Of a DNA stretch of 64,000 bases, positions 1 to 10,798 are shown piece after piece. Below the pieces are notes generated by a model. The model was given only the letters and a program-made list of their open reading frames with translations. It was not told the DNA's origin and did not search any database. Source of the DNA: Nymphaea colorata. Taxonomy: Eukaryota. The stretch covers positions 43,648,001 to 43,712,000 of the forward strand of contig NC_045138.2 in the NCBI RefSeq assembly GCF_008831285.2. The letters run 5' to 3'. How positions within the stretch are numbered: the stretch's first letter is position 1; every line of letters begins with the position of its first letter. Position numbers and translations under genes: made by a program.

Positions 1-1200
1 CTTTCTCTTTCTACCTTTCTTCTAGTCTATTCCACCTACCAGTCAAAAGAAGGTGGAGGATGCAGGACAAACAGATCTAACAATAGGTCTCAAGGATAAA
101 ATCCAATCTGCCAAAACCAAAAGGAATCTCCAGAATTTCCATTCTAGTCCTTTATATATTGTTCTTCCAGTAGAATTAACCACTGGAGAAGAAGTAGAAT
201 TTCCATTCTATTTCGAATCAGATGCAAGTCTTCCGGTTCGGCAGAAGTCGCCACTGAGAAAAAGAAGAACCAGACTTGCTATTTTGCGCCAGAAAATGGA
301 GGGACGGGATGGAAGATAAATCTAGACTTTCAATGAACGCCAACAACTCATTTAGGGACCGACCGAGCGAAAAGACGGGCAGCAAACGAAGTTCAAACAT
401 TAGCAAATTAAGGACCTCGTTTCATTCATGGCTCTTCCAATCGAGTAGCGTATAGCTGAATATTGAAAAACTAGATCCCCAAACGCTACGAAATGCGGAA
501 ATTAAACACACTAGGACAAAGACAGTTTCGACTCACCCTTCTTCGCATCTCATATTTACACGAACTTCTTACCTCAAGGAGACAGACAACCCACGAACAA
601 AAAATTCTCTATGATATACTGACAGGAACTCTCCCACCCAGAGAAAGAGAGAGAGGGAGAGAGGACCTGCTTGAATTCACCAGCCTGTTGGCAGAAAGAA
701 ATGAAGCTGTTGGGTTAACTGAGGTGAGAACAGCACTTCGTCGCGACCCCTCGATCACCAGGCGAGGGTGGAAGGATTGACTGCCGCAGCAGGCCGATGC
801 AGCTGACATCTTTGACCTCCTCAACAAATAGAACACCAAAATGCACCTCCCTCACTTCCCCCGCTTCCTCGTCCTCCTGTGCTCTCTACCGGTCGGGCGC
901 GCAAGGCGAAAGCAAACGTCCACCAGCACCTAAGACGATAAGGGAGCTGTGCTGAAGTTTCGGCAGGCCAAAGATAGCCACGTGTCCCGTCACGCTCTCT
1001 TATCTACCTCTGACCACGGTGCCTCAACCCCTAAGGGCCTCCGGAGACAAACCAAAGCCAGGTTGGCCCCATCTCTCTTTGTCTCCTCGATGGTAGACCA
1101 ACCCCTTGGTTGTCACGTATCTTGTGGTCCCGCCCTCAAGTCAGTCCCATTATAAACCTATCCGCCGCCCGCCGTTTTCTCGACAATGATGCCCTGCCCT
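1..1200 (+). other. Unclassified degenerate coding-like fragment followed by a promoter-like block (possible endogenous pararetrovirus or TE accessory ORF remnant)
   Basis: A-rich + strand reading frames (53-319, 493-780) are linked by a stop/frameshift-broken stretch. They are followed by GC-richer sequence with GCCACGTGTC (G-box, ~977), GTGGTCCC (~1124) and TATAAA (~1151). No protein family recognised. Confidence 0.2.
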
Positions 1201-1626
1201 CGCATCGAGACATTGCCCTTCCTACCGAGTCCCGACGAGTCTGCCCATGTACTATTCCTTTAGTCTACTGTGATGTGCAAACTCCATCGACTCCTAGCAT
1301 GCTGCTTGTTTGTCTGAATCGACTGTGTGAAACTTAAAAGAGAGCATAGCAGCATAGAACTAATCGTGCATGACTTGGGAAAGTAGCGTTTGGTGCTATG
1401 GCAATGAAAACTCTGGTTGAAGGCTAAGAAATCCCATCTATTGTAGCGCAAGGTGGGCTGCGTTAAAATTTCATGGTTTAGTACTTGTTTTCTGTGATGA
1501 ATAGGTTCCTGCATCATAGGAGTGGAAGTGCACAATGAGTGGCGAAGAATTCAAACACCATTAATTTTAACACCTTTATGATCATTTGTCTCACATAATG
1601 GCTTCATTTTGTGTTAAACATGTGAT

Positions 1627-2763
1627 CACTGCAAAAAAAAAAAGATGGATTCACTGACATGTAAGAAAATGAATTTGTCTCATACAATAGCCTCCTTCGT
1701 GTTAAACATGTGAACACTACAAAAAAAAAAAAAAAAAACAAGGATGAATTCATTGACATGTGAAATGAATGTCTGTGAAAGGCCACCTTTACTGACGTGC
1801 AGTGGTATATGTTGATGAAAATTATTTTTTATCAACATATGAGGAAAAAAACGTCGGTGAAAAGTAGCCTTCACGGACATGTGACGATAGGGTGTCGTTG
1901 AACTTGGGCTTTTCTCCACATCTGTTTGCAAACATCACTAAACAAGTAATTTTTATGGACGTCCAGCAATGAACGTATGTAAAAAGTGACTTTGTTGACA
2001 ACTATTTTGCAGACGTTGATATAAAGAAGTTAGTTTTCTTAATATTCATTATAGACATTCCGACACCACCAAACTTTGCACGATTTTCACCTCTACGATG
2101 ACATTACCATGGGAACAATTTATGTTCATGTTTTTGTAACTCTGAACCTTACTTAATCAGTTCTATTGTAAAATAAGGTTGAACGTTTGTTATAAATATT
2201 TGTTTGGTTTATGAACATTTAACTATTTCGTTTAATTCGTTTGATACATGCAACATGTAAGCAAGTTAATTATTTGTATATTTATTCCGATTTTTGAAAA
2301 ATGAAATATGTCATACGTGGACTAGTACAAAAAATTAAATATTTTCACCCACGCATGAAATTGCACCGATAAAAATTAATGGTGACGTCTATGAGATGCC
2401 GGTTAAAGTATTACCAACATTCAGGACAATTGTAAGATGTTTATGATAGTTGTTGGTAAACATCTTTATCGACTCCCATTTGATTATCGGTAAAACATTT
2501 TACTGACATCTACTAGGTGTCAGTAAAAAATTATTATTGACATGCTTTGGACATCAGTAATAATCTTATGTTACCTACATGCTTAGCGTGTCTATGATGG
2601 CCTCTACACCAACGTAGGGCTCCAAGATATCGGTGATGGTTTTTGCCGACATGTCTTCGCCAACGATCATCACAAACATTAAAAAAAAAAAACCATTACC
2701 AACGTGCACTTATGTTTCACCAACATTTTTTGGCCACCAGTAATTCATCAGCTTTTTGTAGTG
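1627..2763. mobile_element. Non-autonomous CACTA (En/Spm) DNA transposon
   Basis: Left end CACTGCAAAAAA at 1627, with a second copy CACTACAAAAAA at 1715. Right end TTTTTGTAGTG ends at 2763. 3-bp TSD GAT (1624-1626 / 2764-2766). Many subterminal TTTAC(T/C)GACA-type repeats; no transposase. Confidence 0.85.
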
Positions 2764-5592
2764 GATCTTCTTTGGTCTAGTTTCCCTTGTGCCACAGCAA
2801 AGACACATATTTTAGCACAGCCTTATTTTACCAATACTCTTTTATTCCTTTCTTTTTTGCAGGTTCTCTTTTTCTTACGAAGGCTCGTTGTTATGGCATT
2901 CCACCACAGGAAGGGTCATTGTTCTTGTGATCCACCACCAGCTTCTTTCCTCCTAATCTGGTAGCATTTTGAATTTTCTACAATCCATTTGTGTATTTCA
3001 ATAATCAATCACATTGTTTCACTCCTTTTCTAGTGGCATTGTGTTGTTCTGGTGATCGACCTCTATTCTTTCACTATTCTAATGACTTGCTTTGTTCCTC
3101 CTTTAGCGACATCGCATGGCTCACTGTTGTTTCTCATCTAGCTGACCTAATTTTCAACATTCAAGGTGTTTTTGCATGACTTTGGGAGACCAGCTGCAAC
3201 TTTGAAATAGCTTATCTTCCGTTGTTCGCCATGGCTTCTCCTTTGACAACTTGTTTCTGCTAGCCCCGATCAAGCAATTTTCTAGAGATCTTTGTCTCTT
3301 GTTTAGGTGACACTCACTCTCTTGTCTCAATGGTCCGTTCGTTTTTTCACTTCTTATCTACATGGAACTTTTTTCTTAATGGGAAATTCTTAATCTCTCT
3401 TTTGGTGGAGAAAAGTGACAAAATTTGCTGCTTGTGTGAGTGATGCACTTACTTAGATGTAATGTACGATGGCCCATTCTTTTCCACTGTGATGGAGACA
3501 ACTAAAAGGTCCTTGATAGATTGGTGTTTACTGTATGATTTGTTTTCTTGTGCTATATTTTATAGTCTTACAATTCCCAACTATGTTTTTTTTTTTCAGT
3601 ACTTGGCATGATTTGTTACTCATCTATGGCTGATTTGACTCTACGCTTTCCCTTCATATTTGATCTTTGTATATTATTGGAAAGTTCTTTAACTAAGAAG
3701 GTTTTTCTTTTTAAACAATTTTTCACTTGTATAGATGCTTTTATTTTGTTTCTTATAGTCATATTTTTTAAAATTGCTCTAGTTGAGAATGCTTTATGAG
3801 CAAAGGATGTATGTGGACGTTCCTGTTGAAGCTGCTTTAAATGCATTTGATAGTGTTTCTGTTGAAAATTTTGATATGTGGTTTATCATCTAAGAGATCC
3901 AATCTATTTCTCCTTTCAAGAAATTGGTTCTATGCTGAATTTCCTCGTCTTCTAGTCTTCTTCCTGTCTTATTGTTTTGTTATATTCTATTCATGTTGTA
4001 ACTTTTTCTCCCTAGTTTTCATGCCCTTATATTTCTGCCGCCTCTTAGTCGTTATTCTGGGTGCAATCTGATTAAGAATATGATCTGTTACATTTCTTGG
4101 TTCAACGTCATATTTCTGAGCTATTGCAGTTGATGTCATCTACTATTGCTGTTTGATGTCACTTTTATTTCTCCTTGCACAGTATCATATTGTTTTTAGC
4201 TTCAACATCATATGTCTGAGCTATTGTTCTCGATCTCACCTACTCTTGTTTTTTGACATCACCTCTATTTCTCCTTATACAGTCTTGTATTGTTTTTTAG
4301 TGGTCATTCTTGCTGTCAAGCAATTAGCAAAATAAACTAAGAAGAAGAAGAAGAAAAAGAAGGGAAGTTGTTAAACATTAATTTGAGCTTTTGCTTTTTA
4401 GTTTGAGTAGGTTGCAGCAGTTCTGCTCCTTTTTTCTCATCCCTCCTCCATCCCTTGTACCCCCCCCCCAACCCCCGCCACAAAAAAAAAAAAGGCGAAC
4501 TTTGGTATGTTGGTAGGTGTTTTCACCTATAATGCTAATTGATTTGGAGACTCCTCATTCTTTTTCTTGTCCTCATAAATATCTCTTGTTTCTCTTTGTC
4601 CTTGACTTCCTATTTTTTTATTCTCATTATGGATTTTTCCTCGAGTTCCAGCCCCTCAGCCAGCTTCCTAAATGTTTGCTTGTTAGTGAAAAGTTCACCC
4701 ATACTAATTTCTTGACAATAGAAGAGATAGATACCCCTATTTATACAGAGTCATGATCTCAATGAGAATCTTGATGGTTCTGCTCTCACACCACTATGTT
4801 TTATTGTGCAGGAAATGAAGGACAAGAAGGGTGTCACGTCTTCCAAAACCATGGAGAACCTGGAATATACAGTTTGGAGAAAGCGTGACCAATCTCTTAG
4901 GAGGTGTTATCTACTCTCTCAGATGACTACACAGTAGTTAGACTATGTAAACACTTAACTCAGACTTACTCTTAGATCTCGGGGGCTTGAATTTTATTAT
5001 TGTTGAAGGAGTTACAGAATCATAAGAAATGTTTCATGATTGTGATGAAGTACATAGGTCGTATGAAGGGAATTACATATTAGTTGGTTGTTATTGGTAT
5101 TGTGGTTTTAGACAAAGACATTGCAACAACTCATCAATGGTCTAGGGCCTGATTTTGATACACTTACTATTGTTTTGCAGTGTCTTTCTCATATGCTCAA
5201 TTTTGAAGATCTTTAGGCAAACTTCTTGAACATGAGAGCACTATGAAGCAAAGATCAAAAGTGAATGATTTCACCACAAATTCTCATTCAATGGTTGCTA
5301 TGAATGCCTCCATAGGTTATGGATGAGGAAATTAAGGGTATCAAGGTGGGGAAGGTAGAGGACATTTTGGATAAGGAGGACCTGGCCTTCTTCATACATC
5401 TGACATTTAATGCAGGGAACTAAAGAAGAGTGTCCATTTGTTTCAATGTAACACAAAGGTAGATGTAAAGGCAGATTGCTGGTTCAACTCTCAAGAAAAA
5501 GAAAAGGTGAATAAGGGACAAAACAAACCAGTCAACACTTAGGGCACAAAAGGGCAGCCTACAAAAGTACAACAACTCTTACCATTAGCCAT

Positions 5593-5876
5593 TGTTAAGT
5601 TTGTACATATGGATCGGGTCACCCAAACCCGACCCATTTGATCCACATGCCCAACACATCATGGGTGGTGGCATACTTGTAAATCTTATTGTTATTTTGT
5701 GTATTTTATGATGTACCCTAAATCGTGATTAGTATACAATGATAACAAGAGGCAGACGTCATTTGTTGCTGCTCTCTTTCATCTCTCTCTTGCTTGGACG
5801 TGCAGCCCACTTCTCTCTTCCTCCTCTTGCATCTAAGTTCATTCGGTGGTTTGGTATTAGATATCAAAATCTTACA
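5593..5876 (+). repeat. 5' LTR of copia element
   Basis: TGTTAAG...CTTACA; direct repeat of 10514-10798. Confidence 0.95.
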
Positions 5877-5888
5877 TGGTATCAGAGT
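5877..5888 (+). promoter_or_regulatory. Primer binding site (tRNA-iMet)
   Basis: TGGTATCAGAGT immediately after the LTR terminal CA. Confidence 0.9.
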
Positions 5889-5924
5889 CAGGTTTTGCCA
5901 CTGAGAATGTTCGGTAAGAATCTC

Positions 5925-6195
5925 TAATTTCTGCCCTAATTTTTGTTTCTTTTCTCTCCTAATCCTCAAATCTCTATTTTCTGCCCTAATCCCCAAATTT
6001 CTGCCCTAACCCTAATCCCCAAATTTCTGCCCTAATCCCCAAATTTTCTGCCATAATCTTCCTTAATCCTATTGTCTACCCTAATCTGCCCTAATCCTAC
6101 CGTCTGTCCTAATCTGCCCTAACCCTACCATCTGCCCTAATCCTACTGTCTGCCCTAATCTGCCATACCGTCAGCCACCTAACCCTAATCTCAAA
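5925..6195 (+). repeat. Degenerate CTGCCCTAA(T/C)CC minisatellite in the copia 5' leader
   Basis: About 11 CCCTAA cores within ~270 bp. Confidence 0.8.
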
Positions 6196-6232
6196 ATTTC
6201 TATTTTTCTCTTATTTTCTGATTATTGCATTT

Positions 6233-7219
6233 ATGGATCCCCACCGCAATTACAGCATCTTGTCGTCCAATTTCATCACTCAACTTATCTCACAAAAGCT
6301 AAATCATACCAATTATTTGACATGGAAACGTCAAATAGTCCCGTTCATCAAGAGTCACCGTCTCTATGGACATCTCAATGGCACCACACCTGCGCCACCT
6401 GAATGGATTATGCGAGAGATGAAGAATGCTGCAGGGCAAGTTCGAGAGACTATTGCAGAAATCAATCCTGAATATGAGATGTGGATGGCTCATGATCAAT
6501 CTCTCATTGCTTATATCACCTCCACACTATCAGATGAAGTTTTGGCGGGTGTTGATGATGATCTTTCAGCACTTGAGTTGTGTAATGTACTTGCTACCAC
6601 ATATTCTCAAATATCAGAAGCGAGATTTCTACAACTCAAGAGGCAATTTCAGGATATCAAGCGAAGTACACGTTCAGTCTTGGAATGTATACATGAGATA
6701 AAAAATGTTAGCGATCAGCTTGCCATCATAGGGCATCCAGTCAGTGACAAGAACAAGGTACAACAGGCTTTGAGTGGATTGGAGCCAGAATTTGATGTTT
6801 TCTGCACTGCTTTAGAGGTATTGCCTGTTCTTCCCTCTTTTGAAGACTTGAAAGCAAAGTTGATTCAACATGAAGCAAGTCGTGTACAACGACATGAATT
6901 AGTTCATTTTGGCGGTCACAATGTATTTGTCACTTGGACCCATGCTTTACAAGGAAGTCGTCCAAGAGTTTGGAACTCACAGGCAGGGATGGGGAGAGGA
7001 GAGGTGTCCTTCCTACACCTAACACCTAACACAAATGCACATGCAAATGTACCACGAAGGATACCTACTTGTTTTTATTTTAATAAGAGAGGTCATGTGA
7101 AGTCAGAATGTTGGCATAACCCACAGAACAAAGGAAAACAGGTCCGGTGTGACAATAAGGGAGCAGGGTCATCTGTTTCGAACATGACTGTGGCATCGAA
7201 CATTTCCCCTGATGTGTAG
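6233..7219 (+). CDS. Copia gag (retrotransposon gag domain with degenerate zinc knuckle)
   Basis: 328-aa ORF with KLNHTNYLTWKRQ, WMAHDQSL and CFYFNKRGHVKSEC motifs. Confidence 0.85.
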   Translation: MDPHRNYSILSSNFITQLISQKLNHTNYLTWKRQIVPFIKSHRLYGHLNGTTPAPPEWIMREMKNAAGQVRETIAEINPEYEMWMAHDQSLIAYITSTLSDEVLAGVDDDLSALELCNVLATTYSQISEARFLQLKRQFQDIKRSTRSVLECIHEIKNVSDQLAIIGHPVSDKNKVQQALSGLEPEFDVFCTALEVLPVLPSFEDLKAKLIQHEASRVQRHELVHFGGHNVFVTWTHALQGSRPRVWNSQAGMGRGEVSFLHLTPNTNAHANVPRRIPTCFYFNKRGHVKSECWHNPQNKGKQVRCDNKGAGSSVSNMTVASNISPDV

Positions 7220-7228
7220 CAAATTCTA

Positions 7229-10200
7229 ATGACAGCGTTGTCTAAAATCAATCTCAAGCAAAATGAGGAAGGACAATGGTATGTGGATTCCAGTGCTGCA
7301 GCTCATGTAACTGGTGACGCAGGTAAGCTTTCTAGTGCTCTCCCTTATTTAGCTAAAGGCTCAGTTGTCATACGAGATGGTTCCCATCACAATATATCAC
7401 ATATTAGAAGTGCACACTTATCCATGGCTCATTCCTCAATACCTTTAAAGAATGTTCTTGTTGTTCCAAATGTCAAGAAAAATATTATTTCTGTGTCAAA
7501 GCTGATTGATGATACTCATTCCTCTGTTGAGTTTACTCCTTCTTCTGTTTATGTTAATGATGCTCGAACCAAGAAGACATTCGCTGAGGGTGTTCGTAAA
7601 GGAGACATGTACGTCATTGAAGAAGCTCCAAAAATGTCTAAGTCTTGTGTTTCAGATTCATCCTTTCCAAGTCATAGTGAAGTCAATATCACAAAGTATG
7701 ATATGTCATCTCTTTGGCACGGTCGTTTAGCACATTGTAGTTAGTCTTTCATTCAAAGTCTTGTTGCAGACGAACTATTACAAAAGTCCAGTCCAAGTCC
7801 TGTCAGTGAGTCTAACATGTACTCAAGTTGTCATATTTGTAAGAGCCATGCTCTTCCTTTTCAATCAATAAATAAGCGAGCTTCGAAGTTATTTGACACC
7901 ATTTATTCTGATGTTTGGGGGGCTGCTCCTATTTCTTCATCTTCCGGGAGTAAATATTATGTTGTTTTCATTGATTCTTATTCTCGTTACACTTGGATCC
8001 ACTTCATGAAAAGCAAATCAGAAGTTTTCTGCTTGTTCACCCAATTCCACGCCTTGGTCCAAAATAAATACTCTAGTAATATCGTGCATTTTCAATGTGA
8101 TGATGGTGGTGAGTTTATTTCAAATGAATTTACTGAGTACTTACTAAATTATGGGATCACTAGACAGATTTCCTATCCTTACACACCACAACAGAATGGT
8201 ATTGCTGAAAGAAAACATAGGCACATAGTTGAAAGTGCTCTCAGTATGATACATAACACTGATGTGCCCATGAGTTTATGGACTGAAGCCTTCCATACTA
8301 TTGTTCATGTTATTAATCGACTGCCACTATCCATGCTTGAAGGAAAATCTCCATTCTTTATTTTACATCAAGAACAACCAAATTATGATGAGCTACGTGT
8401 TTTTGGACGCATCTGTTATGTTCATGTTGATTTTCTTTGAGAAATAAGTTTTAAGATCGAGCTGTCATGTGTAGATTTGTGGGTTATGCAGAAAATTATA
8501 AAGGCTATCACTGTTACAATCCAAAAACTAGACGTGTGCATATTTCATGACATGTTGTTTTTTATGAGCTCAGGTTGAAGGATATAAAGGAGCCACATGC
8601 AACACTTAATGTTAGAAATGATGTATATGACTCATGGCTAAATGCTGAAATATTAGATCAAAGAGCTGATACACACCAGGGCACAAAGTGACAGAACTAT
8701 TGATGAGCCCGGGATGGCCACAAACACTCAGATGGACAACATACCTTCATCTACTCAGACCAACAACATGAGCATGACATCACCTAATCAGTTTTCAGGA
8801 GTGGTGTATAATCGACGATCAGTTCCAGTTGATCCAAAAACTGCCACTACTTGTCCATGTAGATCATAACGTGTGCGGCACCCTATTGATAGGTGGGTAA
8901 GTTATGGTAATTTCTCTTTGGATTTTCAGCTCTTCATGACAGAATTGAACAAAAAGGTGGAGCCAAAATGCTATGAGCAAGCGTGCAAAAGCAAACATTG
9001 GATCGATGAATGAAGAAATGACTGCCTTAAATGAATGTCAAACATGGGAGATTGTTCCTCGTCCAGATGGTAAGAATGTAGTGGGCTCAAAATGGGTTTA
9101 CAAACTCAAGTATAAACCTGATGGAAGCATTGATAGATATAAGGCTCGACTCGTGGGTAGAGGCTTCACTCAGCAGTACGGGAAAGATTATGATGAGACT
9201 TTCAGTCCAGTCATCAAGATGGGAACGATCTGGGTTATCATCTCTCCTGCTGTCTCATTTGGTTGGAATTTATATCAGTTGGATGTTAAAAATGCTTTTC
9301 TTCATGGCTTTCTAAAGGAGGAAGTTTATATGGAACAACCTCCAGGATATGTTTCCAATGATCCAACCAAATGGGTGTGCAAATTACAAAAATCAATGTA
9401 TGGGCTTAAGCAAACATTTCATTCATGGTTCGATAGATTTTCCCTCCATATACAACAGGTTGGTTTCCTCAGAAATTCACTTGATCATTCCTTATTCATC
9501 TATCATTCATGTAAAGTTACCACTTGGCTACTCATATATGTAGATGACATAGTTCTTATTGAAAACTCTTCATGTCATATGTCTCATGTTAAGGAGGTAT
9601 TGCAACAAGAATTCAAGATGAAAGATCTCCACGAACTACGATATTTCTTGGGTGTTGAGCTTGATAGAAAAGGTGACACATTAACTCTTACACAACATAA
9701 ATACACTCTTGATATTTTGGATAGGACAAGTATGACAAATTGCAAGCCCATAAATATACCTAGTGTTCTCAACACAAAATTAAATGTCTCTGATGGGAGT
9801 GATGCCTACCCAAATCCTAGTTTCTATCGGAGTATAGTTGGCATGTTGCAATATCTCACTTTTACACACCCAGACGTAGTATATGCTGTGAATCAAGTCT
9901 CTCAGTTTATGCACGCACCCACAAAAGGGCATATGGATGCTACCAAACGTATTTTCCATTATCTTAAGGCTACTCTTGGGGATGGACTCATCTACACAAG
10001 ACAGTCAACTGTTTTGCATGGCCACAACATTTCCACTTATACTGATGCAGATTGGGCAGGTGATCCAGACGATAGACGATCAGTTTCTGGTTATTGTCTC
10101 TTCCTTGATTCCAATCTTATTTGTTGGAGTAGCAGGAAATAGCATGCAGTTGCCAGATCTAGCACAGAGGTAGATTATAGGGCAATGACTGCAAGCACAG

Positions 10201-10484
10201 CTAAAGCCTCATGGTTACGTCATCTACTTGGGGAACTCTCTCTTCCCATTGCTCAGTCATTTCTATTTTGTCACAACCAAAGTGCGATCAAGATTGCCTT
10301 CAATCTTGTTCTACATAATCGCACTAAGCATATAAAGAGTGATCAACACTTCATTCATCAAAAGGTTGCGGAAGACGAGATTGTTTCCACTTATATATCC
10401 ATGTCTGAACAAGTGGCTGATCTTTTTACAAAGGGACTCATAGGGCACCATTTCTGGGAATTGAAGAACAAGTTGTGCATATGA
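7229..10484 (+). pseudogene. Copia pol (protease, integrase, RT, RNase H) broken by stops/frameshifts
   Basis: ORFs 7229-7744 (WYVDSSA), 7817-8440 (SDVWG, TPQQNGIAERKHRH), 8973-10142 (RYKARLV, QLDVKNAFLHG, YVDD, DADWAG) and 10185-10484. Confidence 0.93.
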
Positions 10485-10513
10485 TCAAACCCCATGCACA
10501 ACTTGAGGGGGGT

Positions 10514-10798
10514 TGTTAAGTTTGTACAATGTGGATCAGGTCGCCCAGACCCGACCCATTTGATCCACACGCCCAACACATCGTGGGCGGTGACATACTT
10601 GTAAATCTTAATGTTATTTTGTGTATTTTATGATGTACCCTAAATCGTGTTTAGTATATAATGATAACAAGAGGCAGACGTCATTTGTTGCTGCTCTCTT
10701 TCATCTCTCTCTTGCTTGAACGTGCAGTCCACTTCTCTCTTCCTCCTCTTGCATCTAAGTTCATTCGGTGGTTTGGTATTATATATCAAAATCTTACA
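10514..10798 (+). repeat. 3' LTR of copia element
   Basis: Follows the PPT, matches the 5' LTR, and is followed by TSD GCCAT. Confidence 0.95.

Larger units (their letters stand above)
5593..10798 (+). mobile_element. Full-structure Ty1/copia LTR retrotransposon (coding region disabled)
   Basis: Two highly similar TG..CA LTRs, PBS TGGTATCAGAG at 5877, PPT GAGGGGGG at 10505-10512, perfect 5-bp TSD GCCAT (5588-5592 / 10799-10803), domain order gag-PR-INT-RT-RH. Confidence 0.97.

Noticed and set aside
2764..4500. Plus-strand exons suggested by polypyrimidine-AG sites
   Set aside because: No open frame with recognisable protein content; T-rich DNA produces such sites by chance.
5925..6195. True interstitial telomere or CRISPR-like array
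   Set aside because: Units are irregular and lie inside a retrotransposon leader; no TTTAGGG tandem array and no repeat-spacer structure.
7211..7231. In-frame TAG between gag and pol as programmed readthrough
   Set aside because: The context TAG CAA ATT does not match CARYYA. The related host copy has Gln-Gln here, so a C>T nonsense mutation is simpler, and other stops occur downstream.
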